A DNA stretch of 64,000 nucleotides from Klebsormidium nitens (lineage: Eukaryota; Plantae; Klebsormidiophyceae): positions 1 through 64,000 of the forward strand of contig DF237008.1 of NCBI GenBank assembly GCA_000708835.1, given 5' to 3'. The notes below the pieces were generated by a model. That model saw only the letters and a program-made list of their open reading frames with translations. It was not told where the DNA came from and did no database searches. This document shows, piece after piece, positions 45,863 through 58,300 of the stretch. Each line of letters opens with the position of its first letter. Within the stretch, counting starts at the first letter, position 1. The position numbers and the translations under genes are program-made.

Positions 45863-48371
45863 CTACGAGTCATCGTCGCTCCCCGAGCTGCCGTCGTCAT
45901 CTCCGTCGTCATCGTCGTCGTCCTCGTCGTCATCATCGTCATCGCTGTCGTCATCGCTGCCGGACCCGGAGCTGTGCCCGCTGTCGCTCGAGCTCTCCAC
46001 CAACCCGCTCTTCACTCGCGTCGACGCCGAGGCCTTCGGCCGGGGGGGCGCCTCCGGCCGCGCCTCCTCCTCCTCGTAAATGATCTCTTCGACGATCTCC
46101 TCGACAACCTCCTCCTCTTCGATGTGCTCCACGTCAGCAGGCGCCGGGTCTGCCCTGACAGAGCTTTCGGGCGGCTTTTCTGCTTTTTTACCGGCTTTCG
46201 AGGGCTTTGGTCCTGGGGCTTCCGTCGCGCCCGGTTTTCGTTTCCCGGAGGGTCGTTCGGGGGGGTGCTTTTGGCTTGTCGGACCCTTGCCGCCTGCCAA
46301 CAAAGAAAGACGTGTCAGGAAGGGGACCCGGAGAAAACTAAGTATGGCTGCACGCGGCTCTGAGACACAATCCTGAGATGCTATGAAGCCAATGTTTCGC
46401 CTGAGCGCCCTTTTGCAGCTCTTTGCTCAACCCGCAAGTGTGGCAGCCCTTGTGCTGCCAGAATGCCCATTCAAAGCGGACTATAGCAACTGGGTTGGAT
46501 CCTGGACAAAGACTCCCTGGATCTTTATGCACTCCTTTGCTGGTGAAGTGGGCGTTATGATGTCAGCAGCAGAGCCCGCCTACATTATCGGGAATTAACA
46601 TATGAGTCGCTCGAGTCAAAGTAGCTCGCGCCATCCACGTTGTACTGACGAATCGGACGGCAAGAAGCGCAGCGGTGAATCGCACCTTGCTTCGGTCCCT
46701 TCTTGCCGACTTCCGGCCTCTCTTCCTGCTCCCCATCGCTTTTCGCCCCGCCGCCGCCGTCCCTCTCCTGTACTGGCGAGTCTATCCTTTCCGCTTCAAC
46801 CGCCGCCCCGCCCTGCCTCTCCGCTCCCGCTGACGTCATCCCCCCGCCGCTCTGCTGCTTGATGTGCCGCAGACTGCCTATGCTGCGAGCTAGCTTCTCG
46901 ATCGTGAAGCTCTCTCCGTCGAAGAAGAGGACCGCCTCTAGTTCTTTGCAAGGTTCGGCTTTGCCCTGAAAGACGAAGTTGGGCTTCCCAGCGGCCGGGG
47001 GGTGGAACTCCATTGTGACCTCGTTGTCGCCGCTGATGTGGAGCGAGCCGGAGGTGGAGCTGCGAACAGATGCCGGCTTGAAGGTGTCTGCACAGAAAGA
47101 TTGTCTGATAGCTTTTATTGCAGTTGCCAACAGGTGGTGGAAACTCGAAAGAGGAGCGGGATGGAGCTTCGAAGGGATGCCAGCTTGAGAAAACATGGAA
47201 AACAGACGTTTCCGTTATTAGCTCCGCCTCATTTCGATCCACAAAGAAGAGATGACAAAGGAACGAGAAGCGAGGTGGAGCTCCGAACAGATGCCGTCTT
47301 AAAGGTGTTTTGCACAGACGAGACATTTGGCCAACTTCAGATCCACAAACTAAAGAAACGGAGGCGGACAGGAAGCAAGGTGGAGCTCGAGAGACATTCA
47401 CTGCTCCTTCATCTGGTTTCTTCCAAAGAACGGAAAGGAGAAGCCAAGGAGAAGACATATGAGGATCCATTGGACAACCTCCTGGTTTTAGCAGCCATTG
47501 ACTGTTACAGTCTTTCAAGTGCTTCTGATCAAGATTTGGGGATACGAAAGAAACGAGAAGCGAGACGGACCCTCGAAGGCTGCTGGCTTGACATTGTCCG
47601 CACAGAGAGACGTCCGCATTCCGATACATTCAATAAGAGAAAGAAAATTAGAGAGCAAGAAGCGAGATGCAAGAAGCGAGATGGAGACTGGAACGGGGCA
47701 ACGCAGGGAAGCGTTTGCAAAGACAAGATGGTGATTGACTTTCAAGTGCACGCTAGGCTTGAAAAAGCTTGCAGGAGTCCACACAGTAAATGGCGTCAGG
47801 GTCTACATTGATATCTCAACATCGTGCCGGGGCACTCCGCAAGTTTGAGACATTTTCTTTCATCATCCGCCAACCCCTGGGTACTTGAAATATTGCATGA
47901 AGTTTGGTCCAGACAGTCAGCAACTAAGGTTGTGGTAAGGATACCCCACAGGCAAGAAGGAGCAACCACGGTGCATTCTTTACAAGGCACATGAAGTGAT
48001 GCGTTGTAGCAAACCTTTTTGTTTCTGGAAAGGGCCCATCTGCAAGGGCATGGGTTGATCGAAACACGATGCACTCCATTTCCTCGTAAAGGTGCACAAA
48101 AGACACCTATTCGATTGGTTTCTGAGAGCTGGGCCTTGGTCAGGTCATTTGACAATGAAAACTTGGACCGGATCGACCAGCGGTGATATGCAAACAAAGT
48201 GCAAGGTGACAAAAAGGGCGTTGCGTGGAAGCACTTTAAGCTGTGTGGCTACTCACAGCGCATCGTGTACAGGCGGTCGCCAGAGCTTCCGGCAAGCGTT
48301 GAACCGAGTGTTACAGGATACCACCTCTCCGGCTCCACCTTCGGTCCAACGTCCTCCTGCTTTTCCGTCAT
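45863..48371 (-). CDS. EAF: ELL-associated factor (EAF) family transcription elongation factor, 3 exons, ~315 aa
   Basis: Exons 48257-48371, 46686-47087, 45863-46293 (948 nt). ERWYPVTLGS...LYTMRYTFKPAS...VTMEF...FVFQG...EAVLFFDGESFTIEKL matches the EAF N-terminal domain; acidic Asp/Ser C-terminal tail. Confidence 0.88.
47271..47317 (-). repeat. EAF intron 1: copy of the exon-2 5' end with a mutated acceptor (cag>caa)
   Basis: gaggtggagctccgaacagatgccgtcttaaaggtgttttgcacaga versus 47051-47097 gaggtggagctgcgaacagatgccggcttgaaggtgtctgcacaga. Confidence 0.88.
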
Positions 48372-48934
48372 CCTGCCACTAAACCGTTTCCTTTCACTAT
48401 CACCGCAACTTTTTGTTCAGAATGCCTTCACAAACCTTCTTACGATCCAGGCGTGTAGCAGGAATCCGCTCAAACACCCGCTCACAAGATGCGGCGATAT
48501 CCCAAGGTTGCTGCCAATCTCGGAAGGATGCGATAAGAAAGCTAAAGATCAATTCAGACAGCGAGCGTGCAGACCCACGCAATGGCGACCTGACACGGCG
48601 CCAAGGACATGGTTGGGGCTGGAGTGGTTCGAAACTGACGTGAGAAGTTCAGCACATGTATTCAAGAATGAGAAATTGAAAAGTGAGACAGAGCTGAGAG
48701 GGTATCTCAAGCTCCTTTCCTGAAAAGTTGCAACCTGAATGGAGTTTGATCAGTTTTCTGCTGCACACCTCTGGCCCTAGCAACATGGACTGGGTTAAGG
48801 TTGAACCGAGAATTGGTGCATGTATTAAACCAGCTTCAATCCTCTCCGTTTAGTCCCGAACCTGCTTTTCATGTGGCTGGAACCCGCCGCTTGATGGATA
48901 GAAATTTCGAGTGATCTGTAAGAACGACCAGGTT

Positions 48935-49001
48935 TTGCAGTGCTCTGCAAGCAAAACGCAAATTGCAGTGCTCTGGTTAGTCTGCAAGCGAAACGCAAAT
49001 T
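48935..49001. repeat. Short imperfect tandem duplication in the EAF/PNPase divergent intergenic region
   Basis: ttgcagtgctctgcaagcaaaacgcaaatt followed by ttgcagtgctctg(gttagtctg)caagcgaaacgcaaatt. Confidence 0.7.
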
Positions 49002-49380
49002 ATCTGTCTGAACAGCTCGGACTCGGAGGCGGAGTCAAAGCTGCTGCTTTGAGGAAGATGGCTCGGCTGGAAGGACGGTAGGGAGGGAAGCTGGGGAAGC
49101 AAAGCGCAGTGTGGCACCACCCACCCAGAGCAGCTGGAAAGGGAGAGAGTGCAGTGAGTGGTGCATGATTGTGCAGGGCGTCGTGTCAAAGGCCAGGGCG
49201 GTGCAGCAGGGAGGCTAACAAACCCACCATTGATCAAGTAACGCTCCTTTGGTGGTGGCATCCGGCAATTGTTAAAAAGTCGGCCGCCGAGCTCTCGATC
49301 AGACGACTCCGCGGTGGCAGAGCGCTTATGCAGTCCATGTGAACTAGCCGTGTGGGCAAGCAATGCAGTGAGCTCTTGCG

Positions 49381-52300
49381 ATGGCGGCATCCTCTGCATG
49401 CCTGGGGCTGCAGCCCTCCTGCTCTGTGCCAAGGAGTGCCGCACGAGCGGCGTGTAACAATGTGGGGGAGAATTCTGCTTCAGGGTTTTATTCGCCACAC
49501 CCTGCGATCAAGGATCCCCTGTCAGTAGACGTTCACCGGGTCACGCGCCGTTTCTCAAGCCAGGCACGGCTTTGCATGTACAGAAATGATCGATCATCAA
49601 ACGCCCAGAGTTTGAGAATACCAAGACCCCTGCGGAGCTCTCATTTTTGGGGCATGCAAAACAGCCTATCAAGGCCAGCTCAAAACCCGCCACCCGCCCA
49701 TCGCACTCTTGCAATTGCCAATGAAGCGAGCGCCGCAGAAACTCTTCCTCAGGAACGAACCAAGCTGCTCTCTCCCAAGAGCATCACAGTCCCCCTCGGC
49801 GACCGCACCATTACCATCGAGACAGGCCGCATGGGCCGCCAGGCCAACGGTGCGGTCACTGTAACCGACGGCGAGACCGTCTTGTATTGCACGGCCTGCG
49901 CGGACAACCGCCCTTCCGAGCCGGCCGACTTCGCACCTCTCAGCGTCCACTACCAAGAGCGGTTCAGCGCGGCAGGGCGAACCACCGGAGGGTTTATCAA
50001 GCGGGAGGGTCGGCCGAGAGACAACGAGGTTTTGGTGTCAAGGTTGGTCGACAGGCCGCTCCGACCGATGTGCGACAAGGGGTTCAATTACGAGACGCAG
50101 GTGCTGGTGTGGGTGTTGAGTTATGATACGGAGCACATGCCGGAGCCGCTTGCGATCTTGGCGGCGGGCGCGGCGCTCGCGATTTCGGACATTCCGACCA
50201 AAAAGGCGGTGGCCGGGGTCAGGGTGGGGATGAGTGGTGAGGGGTGGTTGTTTCATTCTTGTCAGGAAACTGTTCTTGAGCCAATGTTAGACTTGCGGCC
50301 TTGGGGTATATTTCTTTGATTTTGTATGCTCGCATGACTTCTTCATCAACATCCGTGTTTTGCCCTTTCGGTTGGCACTGACTTTTATCAACTGGTTCTC
50401 ATGTGGTGAAATGGCTTTGATGGCGCCCATTCTGGTGGCAGGAAGTCCCGTATAAGTTGATATGTGGTATTCCCAGAGAAGTTCATTACATATCCCTTAA
50501 GCTTTGGACTTTAAGAGTGCTCCCGCTTTGAAATGGATCCGAACACTCAGTTTGCTGCCCTCTGCAGAGGACGGCGAGTACATAATCAACCCGACGAAAG
50601 CACAATTGGCGATGTCCAAGCTGGATATGCTGGTGGCAGGCACGGCAGATGCGGTGCTCATGATCGAGGTTAGCCAGCAAGGGCATCGCATTTCTGTCCT
50701 TGGAGGATTCTGCAGTCGCTTTGGATTCATGGTCTCCAAAGTGTCGCAGTTGACTGTGGGCTGGTAATCCGAGTCTGGTTTGAGTCGGGGTTTGTCCAAC
50801 AACGTTGCAGACGACGAGATTTAGTTGAGTTGGCTTCTGGAGTCAGACCTGAGATTGTACGTAGCAGCTCAAAGAGGACACTGTTGCACTCTTGTAGTTG
50901 TCCCACGTAATCTTGATAGGCCCTTTGAAAAAAGTTCGTTGTGCTATCAACATTCTCTCTTGCCATCAAGTCATATGCTTATTAGAGCTCCTCGCTTTGA
51001 TTTCGAGAAGTGTATCTCTATGTCCAGGGTTACTGCGACTGCCTCACCGAAGAGCAGACCTTGGCAGCGGTGAAAGCAGGCCAGGTGCGTTGCGTTGTAC
51101 ATGGCCTTTCACGCGACTTTGCTGTGGCTTTGTTGGCCATGCCTGCATGTTGCTTGCACCAGTCTCAAGGACGTGTCACCTCATGAAGCATTTTTGCTTC
51201 CTTCGTAGCAAGTCAGACGAGGGCTTTGCAACCAAAACTGTCTCCAAGAATATAATCATTGAGGCTCGCACTGCTCCGAAATGAGAACATGTTGTGCGGG
51301 GTGTGTAACGCGCAAGTCGGATCAGTAGGGTGCTTTGGCGACTCAAGTAGCGTCTGGAAAATTGTCACTTGTGAGGGGCGGAAGTGTGGCTCTATCTTGT
51401 GACTTGGTTTCGTGCTTCGCGCGTAGGACGCGTTGAGCGGGGTCTGCAATGCGATTGAGGAGTGGGCTAAGGAGGTGGGAAAGCCCAAAATGTGGGACAA
51501 GGTGGGGCGACCACCAGAGGGGCTGGAGGAGATGCTCGAGGTGAGGCCCCTGCCGCTCGGTTCTAATCCCTGGAGTGGAGAACCATGTTTGCATTGGTTG
51601 CGTGCTCATGTTTGTCACTAATGTTACAATGTCAATGGGAAAAGCAGGCGAAAGAGCCAGCCGGTTTGACCTCATGAGCGACCGCTCTCTCTGAAGCCCC
51701 GTCAAAGGCCTGAATTGCTGGGTCAAGTATTTCCCTTGAATCCCTTGATCATTATTCAACCTGCTCTGGGGCTCGTTTGTGACGTGTAGTACTAGTAACT
51801 CTGGCGGGGAAGCTTTTCTAATCCTTCTAGGCTTCTCTGAAAAACACTTACTACAGGCTGCATCGAGGGTCCAGTCGGCTCTCAGGTTCCGTCCCTTTGC
51901 CGGGCACGTTAAGAACTTTCCTTGTGTACTTGACATCAAGCAAAATGGTGCGCACGCAGAGACTGGTGGGCGCTGATCTGGACAAGGTGCTGCGCATTTC
52001 CAAGAAGCAAGAGCGGGGGGCGCGTGTAGCGGAGATCGGGGAAAGGGCCCTGTCGGTGTTGACTGAGAAAGGCCGAGCCGAACTGGTGAGCCGGAGTTCG
52101 TCCGCCCGCTGTTCTGCACGGCCTCTTGGGATGAGTGTTGCGAAGGGGGTGCATAGGCAAGGAGGCTTGTTATCAAAGAAAGCGGGGTATGCCAGCGGTG
52201 TGCATCTTCCTTCATTACGCATTTGTTAGGCTTCCTTACGTGGCAGGCCGTCTGCTTCGTCCCTGTTCTACCGGTTGCCTTTTCCGGCCCCTCCGTTTCT

Positions 52301-55300
52301 TGCCCAATCTTTTGGGACCTTTTTCACCCCGTCCGTTCTGTCTCAATCCTTTCGAACCCATGCGAGAACCTTCAAGCAAGATCTAGCGTTTCCTTTAAGC
52401 CCTCTGTGGCAATCTTTTCTGCTCGTCTTCCTTTGGTGCCAAGACTGCTGCCTGAGCAGCGTTCCGTGTTGAACCCTCGGAGCCCCTCTGATGGATCCTT
52501 GCTGTTTGCCTTCTCTCATGTTTCGAAAGGTGCTCCAAATGTTTCTCATCTTCTCGAACCTTGCCACTTGAGCTGGCCCAGTCAATGCCGAATAGAAGAT
52601 CTGAGCCGTTCAATTTTCGGGTGTGCTGATCGAATCTCTGTTACCACCTCCCATCCATCTCAAACAGGCCGTTGCGTCTCGAAAGCGTGCTGTTGCAAAC
52701 TATCACGGCGGGACATCTCTTGAATTCCGCATATCGACTCATCTGTCAATATTTCTCGCATACCCCCCTCGTTCCTTGGAACACGCAATTGTGTTTCGCA
52801 AACACTCACATCGGACATCTTCATAGTCGCATAAGCGATGCTCTCAACCGAACCCCGCACCGCGCAGAAGTCCGCAGAGAGCGACAGCGACGACGAGGAC
52901 ATCTACCCCGGCGAGGATGACGTCATCGACCTGTCGGCTGACGAGAGCGAGGAGCCGGTGCTGCCGGACGCGGTGGTCGCCGGACGGCGGCCGAAGGTGT
53001 ACGATCCGGACGCCGTGAAGCAGGCGTTCAAGGAGCTGAACTCGCGGGTGCTGCGGCGGATCGTGGTGCAGGAGAACCGGCGGAGCGACGGGCGCAGTAC
53101 GACGGTGAGTATGTCTCCGGTCCTGACAATAACCCATCTTTGCCGTTTATTCTTGGTTTCGTTTGGTGACCCCAAATCGCGGGTGCTGCGGCGGATTGTG
53201 GTCCAGGACGACCGGCGGAGCGGCGGACGGAGTACGACTGTGAGAATCATACGGCCATCGTTGCTCACTTTCGCTTTGCCAAAGCGGGACTTTCTTGGGG
53301 CCCTCGCCAGTCAGTCCCCTTTTGCAGGAGGTACGGTCTATTGAGTGCTCTGCCAAACTGTTGCCGCGCATCCACGGCAGCGCACTCTTCCGCTGGCGCT
53401 GACCCCTCCCTTTATGCTCTCTCAAGTCAACCTTTTGCTTCCAAGGGCGTCAGCATACGGGAGTCAGTGTGACGCCCTTGGACGACCTTTCCCATCCACT
53501 TTCAGATCAAATCTGCATTGTTTCCACTCTGCAGGAGATATGCCCCAATTGAGTGCTCGCGAACCTGTTGCCGCGTGTCCATGGAAGCGCAGGTTTTGGC
53601 GGCGCTGGCTCCCTCTTTTGCTTGCCCTCTTCAGCTTATCTCTTCGCAGGACGTTTTCGGCGCCCTGCCTAAGCCTGATCGGTACCCAAATGTTTTAGTG
53701 ACTTTCAATCTGCAGGAGGTACGGCCCATCCGCGAACCTGTTACCGCGCATCCAAGCCGCGCACTTTTCCACATGCGCTGACTCCCTTTCTTCATGCTCT
53801 TACAAGCCGTGCTTTTGCTCCGCAAAGGGAGTCAATGTAGGGAGTCAGCGTGACTCCTTCGACCGACCTTTCGGATTGATTCTAGAGCAAGATCGTTCTT
53901 CTCTCCACTCTGCAGGAGGTACGGCCCATTGAGTGCTCCGCAAACCTGTTGCCTCGGGTTCACGGCAGCGCGCTGTTCACGCGCGGGGAGACGCAGGCGC
54001 TGGCGGTGGTGACGATTGGCGGCGAGGACATGGCGCAGAAGCAGGACAACATGCAGGGGCAGCAGGCGGACCGCTTCTACCTCCAGGTAAGCTCGGACAA
54101 ACAGTTTGATTCACAGAGTGTTTTGAAGCTCTGGTCTTAGGATTCTACTTGTCAGAGGGTTGTATGGGTTACGGCTGTTGAGGGGGACTTGGCGCAGAAG
54201 CAGGACAACATGCAGGGTGGGCAGGCACGACCGCTTCTACCTCCAAGGCAGCCAGGAGAACCAGTTGTAATCCTAGGGCGTTTCGACTTTCTTGGATCGG
54301 ATTTTTTATGTCCAGTTGTTCGTGCGGTTAAGAGTTTTGGAAGGACATGGCGCGATAGCACAACATGCAGGGGCAGCAGGCCGACCGCTTCTACATTTGG
54401 GTTAGCAGAAGTTTCGAAATGTCAAAACGCCCGAAACCTGAAAAGCCACAGAGCTATATTCAAGGCTAAGGACTGTTAACTGGAGGAGTCAGCATTTCCG
54501 AATTTCGGATGTCTTGATACCAGGTAGCATCCTCGTCGTATTGTAAACAGACGTGCTGGACGATTTTGATGCCACCTTCGGCCAAGCCAGAGCCGAGGAG
54601 GACTTTGAGCCGTTTTTCTGCCGATTTGTCAATTGGGCGCGAACCCCACTCATTCGGTAGGCCGATCGGCTCGCCCCTGTCTTCGCAAGGGAATCTTGAT
54701 TGCTGGAGCTTATCGTCCAGCACCCCCCTCACCCACTTATATGCATTTGCTCTCCGACTTGATTTCTGTCGACTAGCCTTACTGCTACTTAACGCATGTT
54801 TCCGATCCCTTCTCCAGTACAACTTTCCCCCCTCCTCCGTTGGCGAGACCAAGCGAGTCGGCGCCCCGGGCCGGCGCGAGATCGGCCACGGCATGCTCGC
54901 GCAGCGGTCGCTAGAACCGGTCCTTCCCCCCCAGCTCAGCTTCCCCTATACGATGCGCGTTGAGAGCACCATCACCGAAAGTAACGGGTCGTCCAGGTGA
55001 GAGGGTCCTTTTGTTCTTAAGTAGGGCTCTTTCGGAAATTTTCACTTTCGAAACGATCTTTTATACCTTCCCTACGGCATGTGAAAGATCGACAACGTTC
55101 TTGTGGGGCGTCAGTAGCCTACTTGAGGAGTGTCATGCTTGCGTTTTCCAGCTGCGAAAGGAGTTGTTTTTCTTGTATACCAAGTTCGATCGAGAAAACG
55201 TGCAAAGCTACCCTCAACTTTAACCCTAACCCTCGTCATCCTCACCAGGATGGCATGGCTTCCATTCGTGGCGGCTGCCTCGCACTCCTGGGCGCAAGCG

Positions 55301-58300
55301 TTCCCCTATCCTCAACCCAAATTTATCCCAACGCGCTCAGCAGTCCTACTTTGCAGGACTCAGCGATAGAAAATCATAAAACCCTGACCCTAAACTTCAC
55401 TTCAACCCTTGTCCTAACCCTACCCTAACCCTCGTCAATTTCTTGCAGCATGGCCTCCGTTTGCGGCGGCTGCCTGGCGCTTTTGGACGCAGGGATCCCC
55501 CTGACGTCAATGGTGGCGGGGGTGGCCATGGGACTGATTCTAGACACTGCGTCAGCAGGAGGAGACGGGCAGCCCATGATTCTTACTGACATTCTGGGGT
55601 CGGAAGATGCGCTGGGAGACATGGACTTCAAAGTTGCAGGCACGGAGGATGCAATCACAGCGTTCCAGGTAGGTCAGAAGAGAATTCCATCGCTCTCGTT
55701 ACTTCGAAGATGACTGCTCAGGAGGGTTCACAACTGAGGGAGTTTGCACTTTGACGTAGCAGGGTATTGAGGATGTCATCAAGGCGTTTCATGTCCGTAA
55801 AAAGGAGTACTTGCGAGGATTACGTGCTCTTGCCCGTTCAGAATACATGGCCACGATCTCTTATCTCATGGTGAACAAGAAAGTCAGAGTCCCGATATGG
55901 TAAGTTGCGGGTACGACGTTCCAGGTTGAGGGGAAGACTGGCGAGAATCGTAAATCTTATTGTCAACAATTCGGGGCCTTCTTCCTTCACATGGCCGCAT
56001 CATTGCGTTTGAGGGGTGCTTGTTGATTTCTGCGACGTTGGACGGACCTCAAGAAAGCGGGAAGCTACCGTGCACGTAACCGCAGCATCACTGGAACCAA
56101 CTTGTCACTCACTGCTAATGGAACGGCGACGAGATGCTGACACACGACTGTTCTGCTGACGTTAGATGGATATCAAGGTGGAGGGGATCACGGTGGACGT
56201 GATGACGAAAGCGCTGGAGCAGGCCAAGGCGGGGCGCAAGCACATTCTGCGCGAGATGAAGGCGTGCGAGCCGCCGCCGCGGGGGCAGCTCTCGTCGTAT
56301 GCGCCGAAGATAGTCAGGCTAAAGGTGAGACGAACCATTTGTCTTTGTCGATCCTTTGTTGGGTCAGCTCTTGCCGCATGCGTCCATCAGCTCTTGTCAC
56401 ATGCGCCAAAAATGGTCCGGAAGGGGAGCTTCCTTGAAAACCTTCTCGTTGAAGATTGGACTTTCGCAGTTCCATTCTCTGAGGCCGGTTGCGTTCCTCA
56501 CGTAAACCAAGACAAGGTCGGGCTGGTAGTTGGCAGCGGTGGCAAGACTTCTCAGGGCTCCGAAACTGTTTTGTCTTGACCAAGACTATGCTTCATTAAA
56601 ACTTTTCCACAGGTGAACCATTCAACATTGGGCTGGTAGTTGGCAGCGGTGGGAAGACGAATCTGAGAACCCGAAAACCCTCTTTTCTCAACCAAGATTA
56701 TCCTTCGTCTCCTAAAACCAAATCTCTCCTCAGGTGGACCAAGATAAGATTGGTCTCGTAGTAGGCAGCGGCGGTAAGACGATCCGCGCAATCATCGAGG
56801 ACTCAGGCGTCGACAATGTGGAGATTTCGGACGAGGGCGTTGTGTCCATTTTGGGCACCGACAGCGACAAGCTTGCGGTCGCAAAGGACCGAATTATGGC
56901 GCTGGTCACCGTTCCAGAGGTTGGGACCGTGTACAGGTACGGTACATCTTTTGTATTTGGCGTTTTGGGATCTCGCCGTAGTTTTGGAAAGCGTCTTGCT
57001 TGTTTGCGAGTCTAAATATGATTTTAGAATCAGTGGCCTGAAGACTGTGTGCCGACGGAGACAAGCTCGCGCTTGCAAAGGACCGGATCATGGCGCTAGT
57101 CACCGTTCCAGAGGTTGGAACAGTGTACAGGTACGGTACCGGTTTTTGAAGTCAGCTTTTGGGATGAAGACGGGCGCTGATCGGCTTGGGACCACCCCGA
57201 AGAGCGGAAGTCGAATTCCTGAATGCGCGTGCGGACTAATGGAGGAAGCGGTTGGAAAAAGTTGACCGCCAGAGAGTCTAGAAGGACTGCACTACGGCGC
57301 TGTTCACCGTCTGGATCGTAGCTGACGGCTACAGCTATGGTGCTTTTCAAGAGGTCTGCATTACATGAGCAGCCTCCATTTCGGCTCATCAGGTCGCGAA
57401 CGTTTCCGAAAAGCTCGATTTGACGTCCAAAGAAAGTGGGGAAAAGACTGGGGCTTCAAATATGTGGAAGTGAAGCGGCTGGACGATGATCTAGTGCTTC
57501 AATAGGTGCAGGCACTCAGTCCAAGATTGAGGTGTAAGTGCTTTGTAGCCGCATTCACTTTCAACCAGCAAAGCACTTCCAATCCATTCCTGGGCACCCA
57601 CTTGAAGGTTCGTCGACTTTCAAAGTCTTGGTCTGGCAAAGCAATGCGCCACGAGTAGTAGAGAAGGTTATACAACCCGCAACGTCTGTTAGGAGATGCT
57701 TCAGCAAACGCTCAACGTGCCACTACGGGTACACCGGTTTGAACCGTACTAGGTACCGGTACCTTGAAACAAAAGCAACGGTACCGGTATTGTAAAGCCA
57801 AGTACTGAGCACTAACGGAGCGGCGGGCCGCAGGCACTGCCGCCGGCGTATGATAGCTCCCCCCATTGTTTTCGCAGGAACTGCACGGTGCAGGGCGTCG
57901 CTCCATACGGATGCTTCGTGGAGATCGCGCCGGGCAAGCAGGGGCTGGTCCACGTGCGTGAGCTCAGCATGACGCGCATCGAAAACGTGGAAGACCACTT
58001 CAAGGTGGGAACGCGCTCCAGGGCCTGTTCACACCACTTTGTATGTCGGCTTGAGTTCGCTTAAGAAGTTGGTGTAGTTCAAAGACGTTCTGCTTCGCTT
58101 GGAGACTGCACTGGATTGCTTCGAGCGCCCCAGGGTGTCTCAGAGCGATTTCCGGCTTCCGTTTACTTCAGCCGTTGTCTTTTTCCCACCGTTGTAGAGG
58201 CGGAATGGCCGGCCTCAATCCTCGACTCGCACCGTCTCTCTCCTGACCGCTCTCCTCACCTTTTCGTGGATTGTCAGAGTAGTGCAAGTGCTGCTTCTCA

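Noticed and set aside
53174-57135. PNPase echoes as mutually exclusive exons
   Set aside because: Each covers only one edge of the exon and lacks the partner splice site or frame; one has cag>cac and others carry indels or stops.
57725-57795. Clustered GGTACC/ACCGGT motifs as a CRISPR-like or structured repeat
   Set aside because: Short low-complexity intronic run with no repeat-spacer periodicity.
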